Below, piece by piece: positions 1 through 9,998 of a DNA stretch of 64,000 nucleotides. Both the position numbers and the translations under genes were made by a program. Origin of the DNA: Nocardioidaceae bacterium. Its GTDB lineage: Bacteria; Actinomycetota; Actinomycetes; Propionibacteriales; Nocardioidaceae. The DNA is taken from positions 8,678 through 72,677 of the forward strand of contig JBDUDR010000001.1 in the NCBI GenBank assembly GCA_040002845.1, in the 5' to 3' direction. The notes under the pieces are model-generated. The model saw only the letters and a list, made by a program, of their open reading frames with translations. It searched no databases and was not told the DNA's origin. The stretch's first letter is position 1. Every line of letters begins with the position of its first letter.

Positions 1-97
1 GGGGAGCGTGATCGCTACCTCGTTCCATCCTGAGATGACCGGCGATGACAGAGTGCACCGATACTTCGTCGAGCTGGTTGGTGCGGCGGCTACCTAG
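1..97 (+). CDS. pdxT: 3' end of pyridoxal 5'-phosphate synthase glutaminase subunit PdxT (partial, start outside window)
   Basis: Frame 2 reads [41 protein letters not shown] is the conserved PdxT C-terminus, and pdxT-yebC-ruvCAB order is typical of actinobacteria. Confidence 0.6.
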   Translation, partial: GSVIATSFHPEMTGDDRVHRYFVELVGAAAT

Positions 98-155
98 GCC
101 CGTCCGGCAGACAGGTGGCGACGGCAGCGTCGTCAGTACGAGAGGATCCCCGGAG

Positions 156-917
156 ATGTCTGGCCACTCCAAGTGGGCAACCACCAAGCACAAGAAGGCG
201 GTCATCGACGCACGCCGGGGCAAGTTGTTCGCCAAGCTGATCAAGAACATCGAGGTGGCTGCGCGCACGGGCGGTGGAGACCCGGCGGGAAACCCGACCC
301 TCTACGACGCGATCCAGAAGGCCAAGAGGTCCTCGGTCCCCAATGACAACATCGACCGCGCCGTCAAACGTGGCGCCGGGCTCGAGGCCGGCGGAGCCGA
401 TTACCAGACGATCATGTACGAGGGCTATGCGCCAGGAGGCGTAGCGCTGCTCATCGAGTGCCTGACCGACAATCGCAACCGCGCAGCCGGCGAAGTGCGC
501 ACCGCGATGTCGCGCAACGGCGGCTCGATGGCGGATGCGGGGTCGGTCGCGTACATGTTCACGCGCAAGGGTGTGGTGATCGTGCCGAAGGCCCAGGAGG
601 CTGGCGAGATCGGCGAGGACGACGTGCTCGAGGTCGTGCTCGAGTCAGGGGCCGAAGAGGTCGACGACCTCGGCGAGAGTCTCGAGATCGTGTGTGATCC
701 AACCGACCTGGTCCCGGTCCGGACGTCCCTGCAGGACGCGGGCCTCGACTACGAGTCGGCCGAGGCGTCGTTCGTGCCATCGGTAACGGTGCCTGTCGAC
801 GAGTCGGGCGCGAAGCGGGTGTTCCGGCTGATCGATGCGCTGGAGGAGTCCGACGACGTACAGAACGTGTTCGGCAACTTCGACGTCTCGGACGAGGTGT
901 TGGCGGCTCTGGACTGA
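156..917 (+). CDS. yebC: YebC/PmpR family DNA-binding transcriptional regulator
   Basis: ORF 45..917. The ATG at 156 gives the canonical N-terminus [24 protein letters not shown] and [10 protein letters not shown] motifs are present. Confidence 0.9.
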   Translation: MSGHSKWATTKHKKAVIDARRGKLFAKLIKNIEVAARTGGGDPAGNPTLYDAIQKAKRSSVPNDNIDRAVKRGAGLEAGGADYQTIMYEGYAPGGVALLIECLTDNRNRAAGEVRTAMSRNGGSMADAGSVAYMFTRKGVVIVPKAQEAGEIGEDDVLEVVLESGAEEVDDLGESLEIVCDPTDLVPVRTSLQDAGLDYESAEASFVPSVTVPVDESGAKRVFRLIDALEESDDVQNVFGNFDVSDEVLAALD

Positions 918-1020
918 GCCGCCCGGACAGGGGGCCCACGGCGCGTCGGTCACCAGTGGCGACAGCCCCTCCGGGTAAGGTCGACGCCGAACACATGTTC
1001 GGTTGGTGAGGAGTTATCAG

Positions 1021-1545
1021 GTGCGCGTCCTCGGCGTCGACCCGGGTCTGACCCGATGCGGTCTCGGGGTGGTCGAGGGCCAGGTTGGTCGACAGCTCCA
1101 CCTGATCGACGTCGACGTCGTACGCACTGCCGCCGATGCACCCGTCGCTCTGCGTCTGTGCCGGATGGCGGCTGCCCTGGAGGAGTGGCTGGACGTGCAT
1201 TCACCCGATCTGGTCGCCGTCGAACGCGTCTTCGCTCAGCACAACGTCAAGACGGTGATGGGCACTGCACAGGTGAGCGGGTTGGCCCTGGTGGCCGCCG
1301 CGCGGCGCGGCATTCCGGTTGTCTGCCACACGCCGAGTGAGGTCAAGGCCGCAGTGACCGGCAACGGCCGGGCCGACAAGGCACAGGTCACGTCGATGGT
1401 CACCAAGTTGCTCAAGCTGACGACCCGGCCGACGCCCGCGGACGCGTCTGACGCCCTCGCCCTGGCCATCTGCGCGGTCTGGCGCGGAGCCGCCTCGCGT
1501 CGCATCGAGGAGGCGCTGGCAAGCATCGAAAGGGGTTCACGATGA
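1021..1545 (+). CDS. ruvC: Holliday junction resolvase RuvC
   Basis: ORF 1003..1545. GTG 1021 follows the GGTGAGGAG RBS and gives [14 protein letters not shown]. The stop overlaps the ruvA start. Confidence 0.9.
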   Translation: MRVLGVDPGLTRCGLGVVEGQVGRQLHLIDVDVVRTAADAPVALRLCRMAAALEEWLDVHSPDLVAVERVFAQHNVKTVMGTAQVSGLALVAAARRGIPVVCHTPSEVKAAVTGNGRADKAQVTSMVTKLLKLTTRPTPADASDALALAICAVWRGAASRRIEEALASIERGSR

Positions 1546-2150
1546 TCGCCTTCGTGCGCGGACGGGTGGCGGCTGTCAGCCTCGACTCCGCCGTCCTCGA
1601 GGTGGGAGGGGTCGGGCTCCAGTTGCTCTGCGCTCCGGGCACCCTGGCTGGACTACAGGTGGGCCAGCCGGCGCGGCTCTCGACCGCGATGATCGTTCGG
1701 GAAGAGTCCTTGACGCTTTTCGGTTTCGCCGACGACGACGAGAAGGGTATGTTCGAGCTGCTCCTGACCGCATCGGGGGTCGGGCCGAAGATCGCTCAGG
1801 CCATGCTCGCGGTGCACGGCCCGGATGACCTTCGACGGGCGGTCGCCCGGGAAGACCTGATTGCCTTGACCAAGGTCCCTGGCATCGGGCGCAAAGGCGC
1901 GCAGCGCATCATCCTCGAGCTCAAGGATCGGATCGGGCCGCCACAGGGCGACGGTCACCCAGCACCCGGCTGGTCGAGTGAGGGGCCACCGGCAACCTGG
2001 CGTGATCAAGTCCACGCGGCCCTGATGGGGCTCGGCTGGTCGGCCCGCGAGGCTGACAGCGCAGTGGAGGCCGTGGCTCCCGAGGCGGGCGACTCACCAG
2101 ACATGGCCGCGTTGCTGCGCGCCGCCCTGCGCACCTTGTCGCGGACGTGA
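1542..2150 (+). CDS. ruvA: Holliday junction DNA helicase subunit RuvA
   Basis: ATG 1542 overlaps the ruvC stop (ATGA). N-terminus is MIAFVRGRV, with HhH motif [19 protein letters not shown]. Confidence 0.9.
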   Translation: MIAFVRGRVAAVSLDSAVLEVGGVGLQLLCAPGTLAGLQVGQPARLSTAMIVREESLTLFGFADDDEKGMFELLLTASGVGPKIAQAMLAVHGPDDLRRAVAREDLIALTKVPGIGRKGAQRIILELKDRIGPPQGDGHPAPGWSSEGPPATWRDQVHAALMGLGWSAREADSAVEAVAPEAGDSPDMAALLRAALRTLSRT

Positions 2151-3280
2151 GAGCCGTGACAAGGCCCGTCGACGATTCCGGCGACAACCTGGCTGCGGAC
2201 GTGGACGTCTACAGCGACGAGCCGCCGCAGGGCCTGGTGGATGCGTACGCCAGCGGCGACGAGCGTGTGGTGGATGCGGCACTGCGACCGCGTTCGCTGG
2301 CAGAGGTCATCGGTCAGGAACGAGTCCGGGCTCAGCTGTCGCTGGTGCTCGAGGCGGCTCGCGCCCGAGCCGGCAGCCCTGATCACGTGTTGCTGTCCGG
2401 ACCTCCCGGCCTCGGCAAAACGACATTGGCCATGATCATTGCCCACGAGATGAACGCTCCGCTGCGGGTCACCTCCGGACCTGCGATCCAGCACGCCGGC
2501 GACCTCGCGGCGATCTTGTCCGGGCTGGCCGAAGGTGAGGTGCTCTTCCTCGACGAGATCCATCGCATGAGCCGGCCCGCCGAGGAGATGCTCTACATGG
2601 CGATGGAGGACTTCCGGGTCGACGTGGTGGTGGGCAAGGGACCGGGAGCGACGGCGATCCCCCTGGAGATTCCGACCTTCACGTTGGTCGGTGCCACCAC
2701 CAGGGCCGGATTGCTCCCGGGACCGCTGCGCGACAGGTTCGGCTTCACAGCACGCCTGGAGTTCTACGAGCCGGGCGAGTTGGAACGCATCGTCAACCGA
2801 TCGGCTGCCCTGCTCGAGGTCGACGCCCGCCCCGACGGAGCTGCCGAGATAGCGTCCAGATCGCGAGGAACACCGCGGATCGCCAACCGCCTGCTGCGAC
2901 GGGTCCGCGACTATGCCCAGGTGCGCGCTGACGGGGTTGTTGACAGGCGCATCGCCCGCGCGGCCCTGGAGCTGTACGAAGTAGACGACTCGGGGCTGGA
3001 CCGGCTTGACCGGGCGGTCCTCGATGCGCTGTGCCGGCGGTTCGGCGGCGGCCCCGTCGGGTTGTCGACTCTCGCCGTCGCGGTCGGTGAGGAGCGCGAG
3101 ACTGTGGAAGAGGTGGCCGAACCCTTCCTGGTCCGCATCGGCATGCTCGCGCGGACGCCGCGGGGCCGGGTTGCGACGCCGGCCGCATGGCACCATCTCG
3201 GGATGGCAGTCCCCCCTGCAGCGGTGTTCAGCGATCAGGCGAGTCTGTTCGGTGAAGCGGCTGACAACTCTGACGAATGA
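2147..3280 (+). CDS. ruvB: Holliday junction branch migration ATPase RuvB
   Basis: GTG 2147 overlaps the ruvA stop. Walker [17 protein letters not shown] and [16 protein letters not shown] are present. Confidence 0.95.
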   Translation: MRAVTRPVDDSGDNLAADVDVYSDEPPQGLVDAYASGDERVVDAALRPRSLAEVIGQERVRAQLSLVLEAARARAGSPDHVLLSGPPGLGKTTLAMIIAHEMNAPLRVTSGPAIQHAGDLAAILSGLAEGEVLFLDEIHRMSRPAEEMLYMAMEDFRVDVVVGKGPGATAIPLEIPTFTLVGATTRAGLLPGPLRDRFGFTARLEFYEPGELERIVNRSAALLEVDARPDGAAEIASRSRGTPRIANRLLRRVRDYAQVRADGVVDRRIARAALELYEVDDSGLDRLDRAVLDALCRRFGGGPVGLSTLAVAVGEERETVEEVAEPFLVRIGMLARTPRGRVATPAAWHHLGMAVPPAAVFSDQASLFGEAADNSDE

Positions 3281-3445
3281 TCCCCGTAGCGGCCGCGGCC
3301 TGGACGCAACCGTCACCCACCGAGGAAACGTCTGGCCTCCGCCGGCCGTTAGACTCCGCGACTGGCCTGGTGTTTGGATGGGTCACAGCTAAACGTGCCG
3401 GGAGGCCCGGCGTGGGTTGCCCGGAGCAGGGGAGTTTTTCACCGA

Positions 3446-3763
3446 ATGACTGGTTCCGCGTGGGAGTCCTTGATTCCCCTCGTCCTCATCGTGCTTGTGT
3501 TCTGGATCTTTGTCGTGCGTCCTGCCCGCAGACGTCAGGTCGCGACCGCCGCCATGCAGTCGAAGCTGCGGGTGGGTGCCGAGGTCTTGCTGACCAGTGG
3601 CATATACGGCCGGGTCAACTCCTTGGATGAAGAATCCCTGCAGCTGGCGGTTGCCCCGGGGGTCATGCTGAAGGTGCACCGCCAAGCCGTGATGAACCTG
3701 GTCGACTCCGACCACCTGGACCCCGGCTCGGAGCCCGACGAGAGTTCCCAGGGAGACCGCTGA
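3446..3763 (+). CDS. yajC: preprotein translocase subunit YajC
   Basis: ORF 3374..3763. ATG 3446 follows GGAGCAGGGGAG. One TM helix is followed by RRQ...GAEVLLTSGIYGRV. The gene lies directly upstream of secDF. Confidence 0.8.
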   Translation: MTGSAWESLIPLVLIVLVFWIFVVRPARRRQVATAAMQSKLRVGAEVLLTSGIYGRVNSLDEESLQLAVAPGVMLKVHRQAVMNLVDSDHLDPGSEPDESSQGDR

Positions 3764-3765
3764 TC

Positions 3766-5646
3766 GTGGCAACCCGACCGTCCCGACCGGGACGTACTCT
3801 CATCATCTTCTTTCTCGCGGTGGCCGCCATGTATGCCGGCGTCATCGCTGCCGGCAGCTGGGCACCCAGACTCGGGCTCGACCTGCAAGGTGGCACCCGG
3901 ATCACCTTGTCGGCGAGCACCCAAGGGGGGAACGGCGGCGTCACGCCGGCGAAGATGAGCGAGGCGGTGAACATCATCCGCAACCGTGTCAACGGGACCG
4001 GCGTCACCGAGGCAGAAGTCACGACGCAGGGCGGCAGCAACATCATCGTCGAGATCCCCGGGCAGCAGCGAAAGGACATCGTCGACGAGGTGGGGAAGAC
4101 GGCTCAGTTGCGCTTCCGGCTGGTCGCGCCGTTCGCCGATGGCACCCCAAACCCGGTTGCGGGCGTGGACCTGACCCAACCGACGACCACGGGTTCTGCC
4201 ACCGGCTCGCCGACCGGTCCCACCACAGGCGCACCCTCGGGGGGCTCGACTGGCCCGTCCTCGGGAGGGTCCACCAGCCAGCCCTCCGGAGGCTCCAACG
4301 GGCAGCCCTCGGGATGGTCGACCGCACAGCCTTCGGGTGGCGGTACGCCGTCTCCTTCGCCGCCGCAGCCCGCCAGCCCGACCAGCGGTTCCACCTCGAA
4401 GCCGACCCACGGGTCCACCGCTCCGTCGGGTGGGTCGACCACTCCGTCGGCTGGGTCGAGCACTCCGTCGGGCGGGTCGACCACGGCGCCCGGCCAGGTG
4501 GTCCTGCCGCCGAAAACCCCCATCGACGATCCCGAGTCCTGGCAACCCGACCAAGCCTGGGAGCAGGCGTTCCTCACGTTCATCTGCCCTAAGAACGGCA
4601 CCACGTCCAAATACTCGGTGGACGACCCGACGCAGCCCATGTTGGCTTGTGACGACAAGGCGCAGAAGTTCCTCCTCGGGCCCGCGATCATCGAGGGCAC
4701 CCAGATCAACAGCGCCAGCGCCAGTATCCCCCAGAACCAGATCAACTGGTCGGTCCAGCTGAGCTTCGACAGTTCGGCTCGAAGCACGTTCGGCCGGGTG
4801 ACGACCATGCTGGACGACCAGCAGGGGTCCGGTCCCTATCGCGGCGGTCAGTTCGCGATCGTCCTCGACAGCCAGGTCATCTCGTACGCGGGAGTCAACG
4901 AGCCGATTCTCAACGGTTCCGCCGAGATCACCGGAAACTTCGACCAGCAGTCGGCGCAATCGCTGGCTAACTCGTTGAAGTACGGCGCGCTGCCGCTGAC
5001 CTTCCGCACCGAGTCGGTGGACGAAGAAGGTCCCGAGCTGGCTTCTGATCAGCTCAGGGCCGGGATCATCGCGGGCATCATCGGCCTGCTGCTGGTGGTC
5101 GCGTACTGCCTCATGTACTACCGCGGACTTGGCCTGGTCGTCATCTCTTCCCTGATCGTCGCCGGCGGGATCACGTACGCCTTGGTGTTGCTGCTGGGTT
5201 CGTGGATCGGCTTCACGCTGACCCTTCCGGGCATCGCGGGCCTGATCGTGGCAATTGGCATCACGGCCGACTCGTTCATCGTCTACTTCGAACGTCTCCG
5301 AGACGAGGTGCGCGGTGGCCGGACCTTGCGTACAGCCGTGGAGGCGGGCTGGGTGCGGGCTCGGTTGACGATCCTGGCCGCCGATGCCGTCTCGTTCCTC
5401 GCGGCGCTGATCCTCTATATCTTCGCGATCGGCGTGGTGAAGGGCTTCGCGTTCGCGCTCGGCCTGACAACGCTCGTCGACGTGGTGATCGTGTTCTCGT
5501 TCACCAAGCCGGTCGTCACCCTGCTGGCACGCACCAAGTTCTTCGGCGACGGTCACAAGTTCAGCGGCCTCGACTCCAAGCACCTGGGCGTGGATCGCCT
5601 GCCTGCCTTGCGGGGGCGGCGCCGTCCGGCCGGGGGGGAAGCCTGA
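3766..5646 (+). CDS. secD: protein translocase subunit SecD
   Basis: GTG 3766 lies 3 nt after the yajC stop. It has the GLDLQGG motif and a C-terminal multi-TM SecD/SecF domain, plus a P/S/T/G-rich insert at residues ~138-243. Confidence 0.9.
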   Translation: MATRPSRPGRTLIIFFLAVAAMYAGVIAAGSWAPRLGLDLQGGTRITLSASTQGGNGGVTPAKMSEAVNIIRNRVNGTGVTEAEVTTQGGSNIIVEIPGQQRKDIVDEVGKTAQLRFRLVAPFADGTPNPVAGVDLTQPTTTGSATGSPTGPTTGAPSGGSTGPSSGGSTSQPSGGSNGQPSGWSTAQPSGGGTPSPSPPQPASPTSGSTSKPTHGSTAPSGGSTTPSAGSSTPSGGSTTAPGQVVLPPKTPIDDPESWQPDQAWEQAFLTFICPKNGTTSKYSVDDPTQPMLACDDKAQKFLLGPAIIEGTQINSASASIPQNQINWSVQLSFDSSARSTFGRVTTMLDDQQGSGPYRGGQFAIVLDSQVISYAGVNEPILNGSAEITGNFDQQSAQSLANSLKYGALPLTFRTESVDEEGPELASDQLRAGIIAGIIGLLLVVAYCLMYYRGLGLVVISSLIVAGGITYALVLLLGSWIGFTLTLPGIAGLIVAIGITADSFIVYFERLRDEVRGGRTLRTAVEAGWVRARLTILAADAVSFLAALILYIFAIGVVKGFAFALGLTTLVDVVIVFSFTKPVVTLLARTKFFGDGHKFSGLDSKHLGVDRLPALRGRRRPAGGEA

Positions 5647-6776
5647 TGTCGAAGTTCGGCAGGATCGGCAACCGGCTGTACACCGGCGACGTCTCGATCG
5701 ACTTCGTCGGGCGCCGGCGGACCTGGTACGCCATCTCGGCATTGATCGTGATCGTGGCCGCCCTGGGACTGGGGCTGCGCGGCCTCAACCGGGGGATCGA
5801 GTTCAAGGGTGGCGTCGAGTACGCAGTTCAGATCGCCCCCACGCAGGCGAATGTGGAGTCACTTCGCTCAGCCGTCGTAGGCACCGGCCTGGATGCGGCC
5901 AGCGATCCCATCGTGGTCACCTCAGGCAACGGCATGCGCGTGCAGACCGAGCCGATGAGCGAGGACGACGTCACCAAGGTCGAGAACGCCATGAAGGCAG
6001 TCGGTGCCGGTGAGGTGAGCTCCTCCTCGGTCGGACCCACCTGGGGAGCCCAGATTGCGCACAAGGCGCTGATCGGCCTTCTGGTGTTCGTCGCCTTGGT
6101 GGTGCTGTTCATCTGGGCGTACTTCCGGGAATGGCGCATGTCGGTGGCCGCCATCGTCGCACTGGCCCACGACCTCATCATCACCGTCGGGGTTTACTCT
6201 CTCGCCGGCTTCGAGGTCACGCCGTCGACGGTGACGGGACTGCTCACGATCCTGGGTTACTCCCTCTACGACACCGTGGTGGTTTTCGACAAGGTGCGAG
6301 AGAACACCAAGGGCATCACCTTGTCGACCGTCCGCACCTATCAGGAGGCCGCGAACCTTGCGGTGAACCAGACGTTGGTCCGGTCCATCAACACATCGGT
6401 GGCGGCGCTGCTTCCGGTCGGGGCCATCCTGTACGTCGGGGTGACCCAGCTAGGTTCCGGACCGCTGAAGGATCTGGCGCTGGCACTGTTCGTTGGCATG
6501 GCGGCAGGCACGTACTCCTCCATCTTCATCGCAACGCCGCTCGCGGCCCAGCTGAAGATGCGTGAGCCGTCGATGGTCGTCCAGGCAAAGCGGGTCATGG
6601 CGAGACGGGCGAAGGAGGCCAACAGCAGCCGGGTGGTGCCGGCCGAGGGCGGCGGCGCCACGGTCAAGACCGACCCCGTCACCACGACGTCTCCGACCGT
6701 TCGCGTGATGACGACGGGCTCGGCCAAACGATCACAACCCACCCGGGCACCCCGGTCCAAACGCGGCAAGCGATGA
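5646..6776 (+). CDS. secF: protein translocase subunit SecF
   Basis: ORF 5202..6776 is 5'-extended over secD. ATG 5646 overlaps the secD TGA and gives MSKFGRIGNRLYTG. It has the GIEFKGG motif and a multi-TM body. Confidence 0.9.
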   Translation: MSKFGRIGNRLYTGDVSIDFVGRRRTWYAISALIVIVAALGLGLRGLNRGIEFKGGVEYAVQIAPTQANVESLRSAVVGTGLDAASDPIVVTSGNGMRVQTEPMSEDDVTKVENAMKAVGAGEVSSSSVGPTWGAQIAHKALIGLLVFVALVVLFIWAYFREWRMSVAAIVALAHDLIITVGVYSLAGFEVTPSTVTGLLTILGYSLYDTVVVFDKVRENTKGITLSTVRTYQEAANLAVNQTLVRSINTSVAALLPVGAILYVGVTQLGSGPLKDLALALFVGMAAGTYSSIFIATPLAAQLKMREPSMVVQAKRVMARRAKEANSSRVVPAEGGGATVKTDPVTTTSPTVRVMTTGSAKRSQPTRAPRSKRGKR

Positions 6777-7339
6777 CCAACGACCGAGCGGCGCCGGCCC
6801 GGCCGGACATGACGGCGCTGCTCGAGCGGCTGGTGCGTGACGTCCCGGACTTTCCCAAGCCCGGAGTGCTGTTCAAGGACATCTCTCCGCTGCTTGCCGA
6901 CCATCAGGCGTTCACCGCCGTCGTCGAAGACCTGGCAGCCTCGGGGCGCGACGCGGACGGCTCGGGGGTTGTCGACAAGGTGGTCGGAATCGAGGCCCGC
7001 GGGTTCATTCTCGCCGCCCCCGTTGCGCTGCTGCTCGGCGCGGGCTTCGTGGCTGTCCGCAAGCAGGGCAAGCTTCCGTCGGCCACGTATCAGGTCTCCT
7101 ATGACCTGGAGTACGGGCGGGCCGCCTTGGAGGTGCATCGAGACGCGTTCGAGCCCCAAGACCGGGTGTTGGTCATCGACGACGTGCTGGCCACCGGCGG
7201 TACGGTGGCCGCAACCCTCGAGCTGATCCGACTCGCGGGTGCCCAGGTCGCCGCAGTTGCCGTGCTGATCGAACTCGGCTTCCTGCACGGGCGAACCAAG
7301 CTGTCGGGGATGGATGTCCGGTCACTTGTGACCATGTGA
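6773..7339 (+). CDS. apt: adenine phosphoribosyltransferase
   Basis: ATG 6773 overlaps the secF stop. PRTase motif VLVIDDVLATGGT is present. Confidence 0.9.
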   Translation: MTNDRAAPARPDMTALLERLVRDVPDFPKPGVLFKDISPLLADHQAFTAVVEDLAASGRDADGSGVVDKVVGIEARGFILAAPVALLLGAGFVAVRKQGKLPSATYQVSYDLEYGRAALEVHRDAFEPQDRVLVIDDVLATGGTVAATLELIRLAGAQVAAVAVLIELGFLHGRTKLSGMDVRSLVTM

Positions 7340-7422
7340 ATTGGTAGCTATGAACGGGTAACCATCGGTAAGTCGCCGTCCCATGCCCGTAGACTGGTGG
7401 CTCGGCTAGACCAGGAGAGTAG

Positions 7423-9900
7423 TTGGCAGACGATCCGGTAGGCTCCGCCACCGTTGAATCCCATCCGGCAGCGGTGGATACTGACGTGTCCTCGATCGAT
7501 GGCAAGGAGTCCGGCGAACCCGCAGACGTAGCCGAACAGACCCCCTCGGACGGTGCCCGGACCCCTCGACAAACCCCACCTCGCGTCGGCGCCGAGGGCT
7601 CTCGTGGCGCTGCGGCGGCAGGCGAGACACAGGCGGTCCCGTCCACCCGGATGCGCGCCAGGTTGGCGCGGTTGGGCAGTCGGCCGATTGCGCCGAACCC
7701 GGAGCTCGAGCCGCTGTTCCGGGTCTTGAAGACGACTCACCCAAAGGCCGATCTCGCTGTCGTCGAGCGCGCCTACCGCACCGCCGAGCGGTTCCACCGG
7801 ACTCAGCGGCGCAACAGCGGAGACCCGTTCATCACTCATCCGCTGGCGGTCGCGACCATTCTGGCCGAGCTCGGGATGACGCCTCCCACGCTGTGCGCCG
7901 CGCTGCTGCACGACACCGTGGAGGACACCCCGTACACCCTCGACCAGCTACGCGCCGACTTCGGCGACGAGGTCACCCAGCTTGTCGACGGCGTGACCAA
8001 GCTCGACAAGGTCAAGTACGGCGATGCCGCTCAGGCCGAGACGATCCGCAAGATGGTCGTTGCGATGAGCAAGGACATCCGCGTTCTGGTCATCAAGCTG
8101 GCCGACCGGCTGCACAACATGCGAACGCTCCGCTACAACAAGCCCGAGAAGCAGCAGCGGACGGCCGAGGAGACCTTGCAGATCTACGCACCGCTGGCGC
8201 ACCGCCTCGGCATGAACACGTTGAAGTGGGAGCTCGAGGATCTGGCGTTCGCGACCCTGCACCCCAAGGTCTACGACGAGATCGTCCGGCTGGTGGCCGA
8301 GCGTGCCCCCTCACGAGACGAGTTCCTCGCCGAGGTTGTCGAGCAGGTCCAAGGTGACCTGCGGTCGTCGAAGGTCAAGGCCACGGTCACCGGCAGGCCC
8401 AAGCACTACTACTCCATCTACCAGAAGATGATCGTTCGCGGCCGCGACTTCACCGACATCTACGACCTGGTCGGCATCCGGATCCTGGTCGAGTCGGTCC
8501 GGGACTGCTATGCCGTCCTGGGCGTACTGCACTCGAGGTGGAACCCGGTGCCGGGACGATTCAAGGACTTCGTCGCGATGCCGAAGTTCAACCTCTATCA
8601 GTCGCTGCACACCACTGTGATGGGTCCACAGGGCAAGCCGGTCGAGATGCAGATCCGGACGTTCGGAATGCACCGTCGAGCCGAATACGGCATCGCCTCG
8701 CACTGGAAGTACAAGGAGGACTCCAACGCCGGCGTCGACACGGAGCGGTCGCTGGCCGGGGAGATGACCGGTTCCCAAGGGGACATGACCTGGCTGAAGC
8801 AGCTGCTCGACTGGCAGCGCGAGACCGAGGACCCCGGAGAGTTCTTGGAGTCGCTGCGCTTCGAGATCGATTCCGACGAAGTCTACGTCTTCACACCCCG
8901 TGGCGACGTGATCGCGTTGCCTTCCGAGGCCACGCCCATCGACTTCGCGTACGCCATCCACACCGAGGTCGGTCACCGGACGATCGGCGCCCGGGTCAAC
9001 GGCCGGCTGGTGCCGTTGGAGAGCGCGCTGGACAACGGCGATGTCGTCGAGGTGTTCACGAGCAAGGCACAGGGCGCCGGTCCGAGCCGCGACTGGCTGA
9101 CGTTCGTCAAGAGCGCGCGCGCCCGCAACAAGATCAAGCAGTGGTTCACCAAGGAGCGTCGCGAGGAGGCGATCGAGCAAGGCAAGGACGCCATCGCGCG
9201 ACTCATGCGCAAAGAAGGTTTGCCGCTGCAGCGGCTGCTGACCCATGAGTCGCTGGCCGCCGTTGCCGACGAGCTGCGCCACTTCGATGTGTCCGCTCTG
9301 TACGCAGCCGTGGGCGAGGGAAACATCAGCGCACAGACGGTCGTACGCCGGATCATCGACCTGTTCGGCGGCGAGGAGGGGGCGACCGAGGATCTCGCCG
9401 AGGCCATCCACGTCACGAGCGAGCGTGATCGGCTCAAGCGTTCACCGCGCGCGGACGCCGGTGTGATCGTCAAGGGCGTGACCGACGTGTGGGTCAAGCT
9501 GGCGCGTTGCTGCACGCCGGTGCCGGGTGACGAGATTCTCGGGTTCGTCACGCACGGATCAGGGGTGTCCGTCCACCGGGTGGACTGCAGCAACGTCCGT
9601 AACCTGCGTGATCAGCCCGACCGGCTGGTCGAGGTCGAGTGGGCGCCGACTGCACAGAGCATGTTCCTGGTGGCCATGCAGGTCGAGGCGCTCGACCGCA
9701 GCAGGCTGTTGTCGGACATCACCCGGGTCTTGTCCGACCAACATGTGAACATCTTGTCCGCATCTGTGACGACGAGCCGCGAGCGCATCGCTATCAGCCG
9801 CTTTACGTTCGAGATGGGTGACACCAAGCACCTGGGTCACGTAATCAAGGCCGTATGCGGGGTCGACGGCGTCTTCGACGCTTACCGCGTCACCCAATAA
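7423..9900 (+). CDS. rel: bifunctional (p)ppGpp synthetase/hydrolase (RelA/SpoT family)
   Basis: TTG 7423 follows CCAGGAGAG. HD hydrolase (HDTVEDT), synthetase (YQSLHTTV), TGS and C-terminal ACT regions are all present. 825 aa. Confidence 0.95.
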   Translation: MADDPVGSATVESHPAAVDTDVSSIDGKESGEPADVAEQTPSDGARTPRQTPPRVGAEGSRGAAAAGETQAVPSTRMRARLARLGSRPIAPNPELEPLFRVLKTTHPKADLAVVERAYRTAERFHRTQRRNSGDPFITHPLAVATILAELGMTPPTLCAALLHDTVEDTPYTLDQLRADFGDEVTQLVDGVTKLDKVKYGDAAQAETIRKMVVAMSKDIRVLVIKLADRLHNMRTLRYNKPEKQQRTAEETLQIYAPLAHRLGMNTLKWELEDLAFATLHPKVYDEIVRLVAERAPSRDEFLAEVVEQVQGDLRSSKVKATVTGRPKHYYSIYQKMIVRGRDFTDIYDLVGIRILVESVRDCYAVLGVLHSRWNPVPGRFKDFVAMPKFNLYQSLHTTVMGPQGKPVEMQIRTFGMHRRAEYGIASHWKYKEDSNAGVDTERSLAGEMTGSQGDMTWLKQLLDWQRETEDPGEFLESLRFEIDSDEVYVFTPRGDVIALPSEATPIDFAYAIHTEVGHRTIGARVNGRLVPLESALDNGDVVEVFTSKAQGAGPSRDWLTFVKSARARNKIKQWFTKERREEAIEQGKDAIARLMRKEGLPLQRLLTHESLAAVADELRHFDVSALYAAVGEGNISAQTVVRRIIDLFGGEEGATEDLAEAIHVTSERDRLKRSPRADAGVIVKGVTDVWVKLARCCTPVPGDEILGFVTHGSGVSVHRVDCSNVRNLRDQPDRLVEVEWAPTAQSMFLVAMQVEALDRSRLLSDITRVLSDQHVNILSASVTTSRERIAISRFTFEMGDTKHLGHVIKAVCGVDGVFDAYRVTQ

Positions 9901-9968
9901 CCGCGATCCGACACTTATTCCGCGCGATCCGACAGTTATTCGCCGGCATCCGACACTTATTTCGCGCG
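9901..9968 (+). repeat. array of three 21-bp tandem units (consensus GCGCGATCCGACACTTATTCN), starting right after the rel stop
   Basis: Read directly: CCGCGATCCGACACTTATTC / CGCGCGATCCGACAGTTATTC / GCCGGCATCCGACACTTATTTC. The same unit recurs at 10996-11058, 35861-35922 and 38669-38753. Confidence 0.95.
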
Positions 9969-9998
9969 TCGTAGTGCGCATGGGCTGACGTGCCATGG

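Noticed and set aside
3535-5742. Very long antisense or alternate-frame ORFs in the track. Examples are 3535..5742 (-, 735 aa), 2006..3316 (-), 26830..28260 (-), 51714..53087 (-), 43938..45425 (+) and 58312..59277 (-).
   Set aside because: They overlap well-supported conserved genes. Their translations are Arg/Pro/Gly/Ala-rich low-complexity strings typical of off-frame reading in high-GC3 DNA. None has a recognisable domain.
9901-9968. The 21-bp repeat arrays as CRISPR arrays.
   Set aside because: The units are directly contiguous with a 21-bp period and no unique spacers. The arrays have only 3-4 units, and no cas genes are present in the window.
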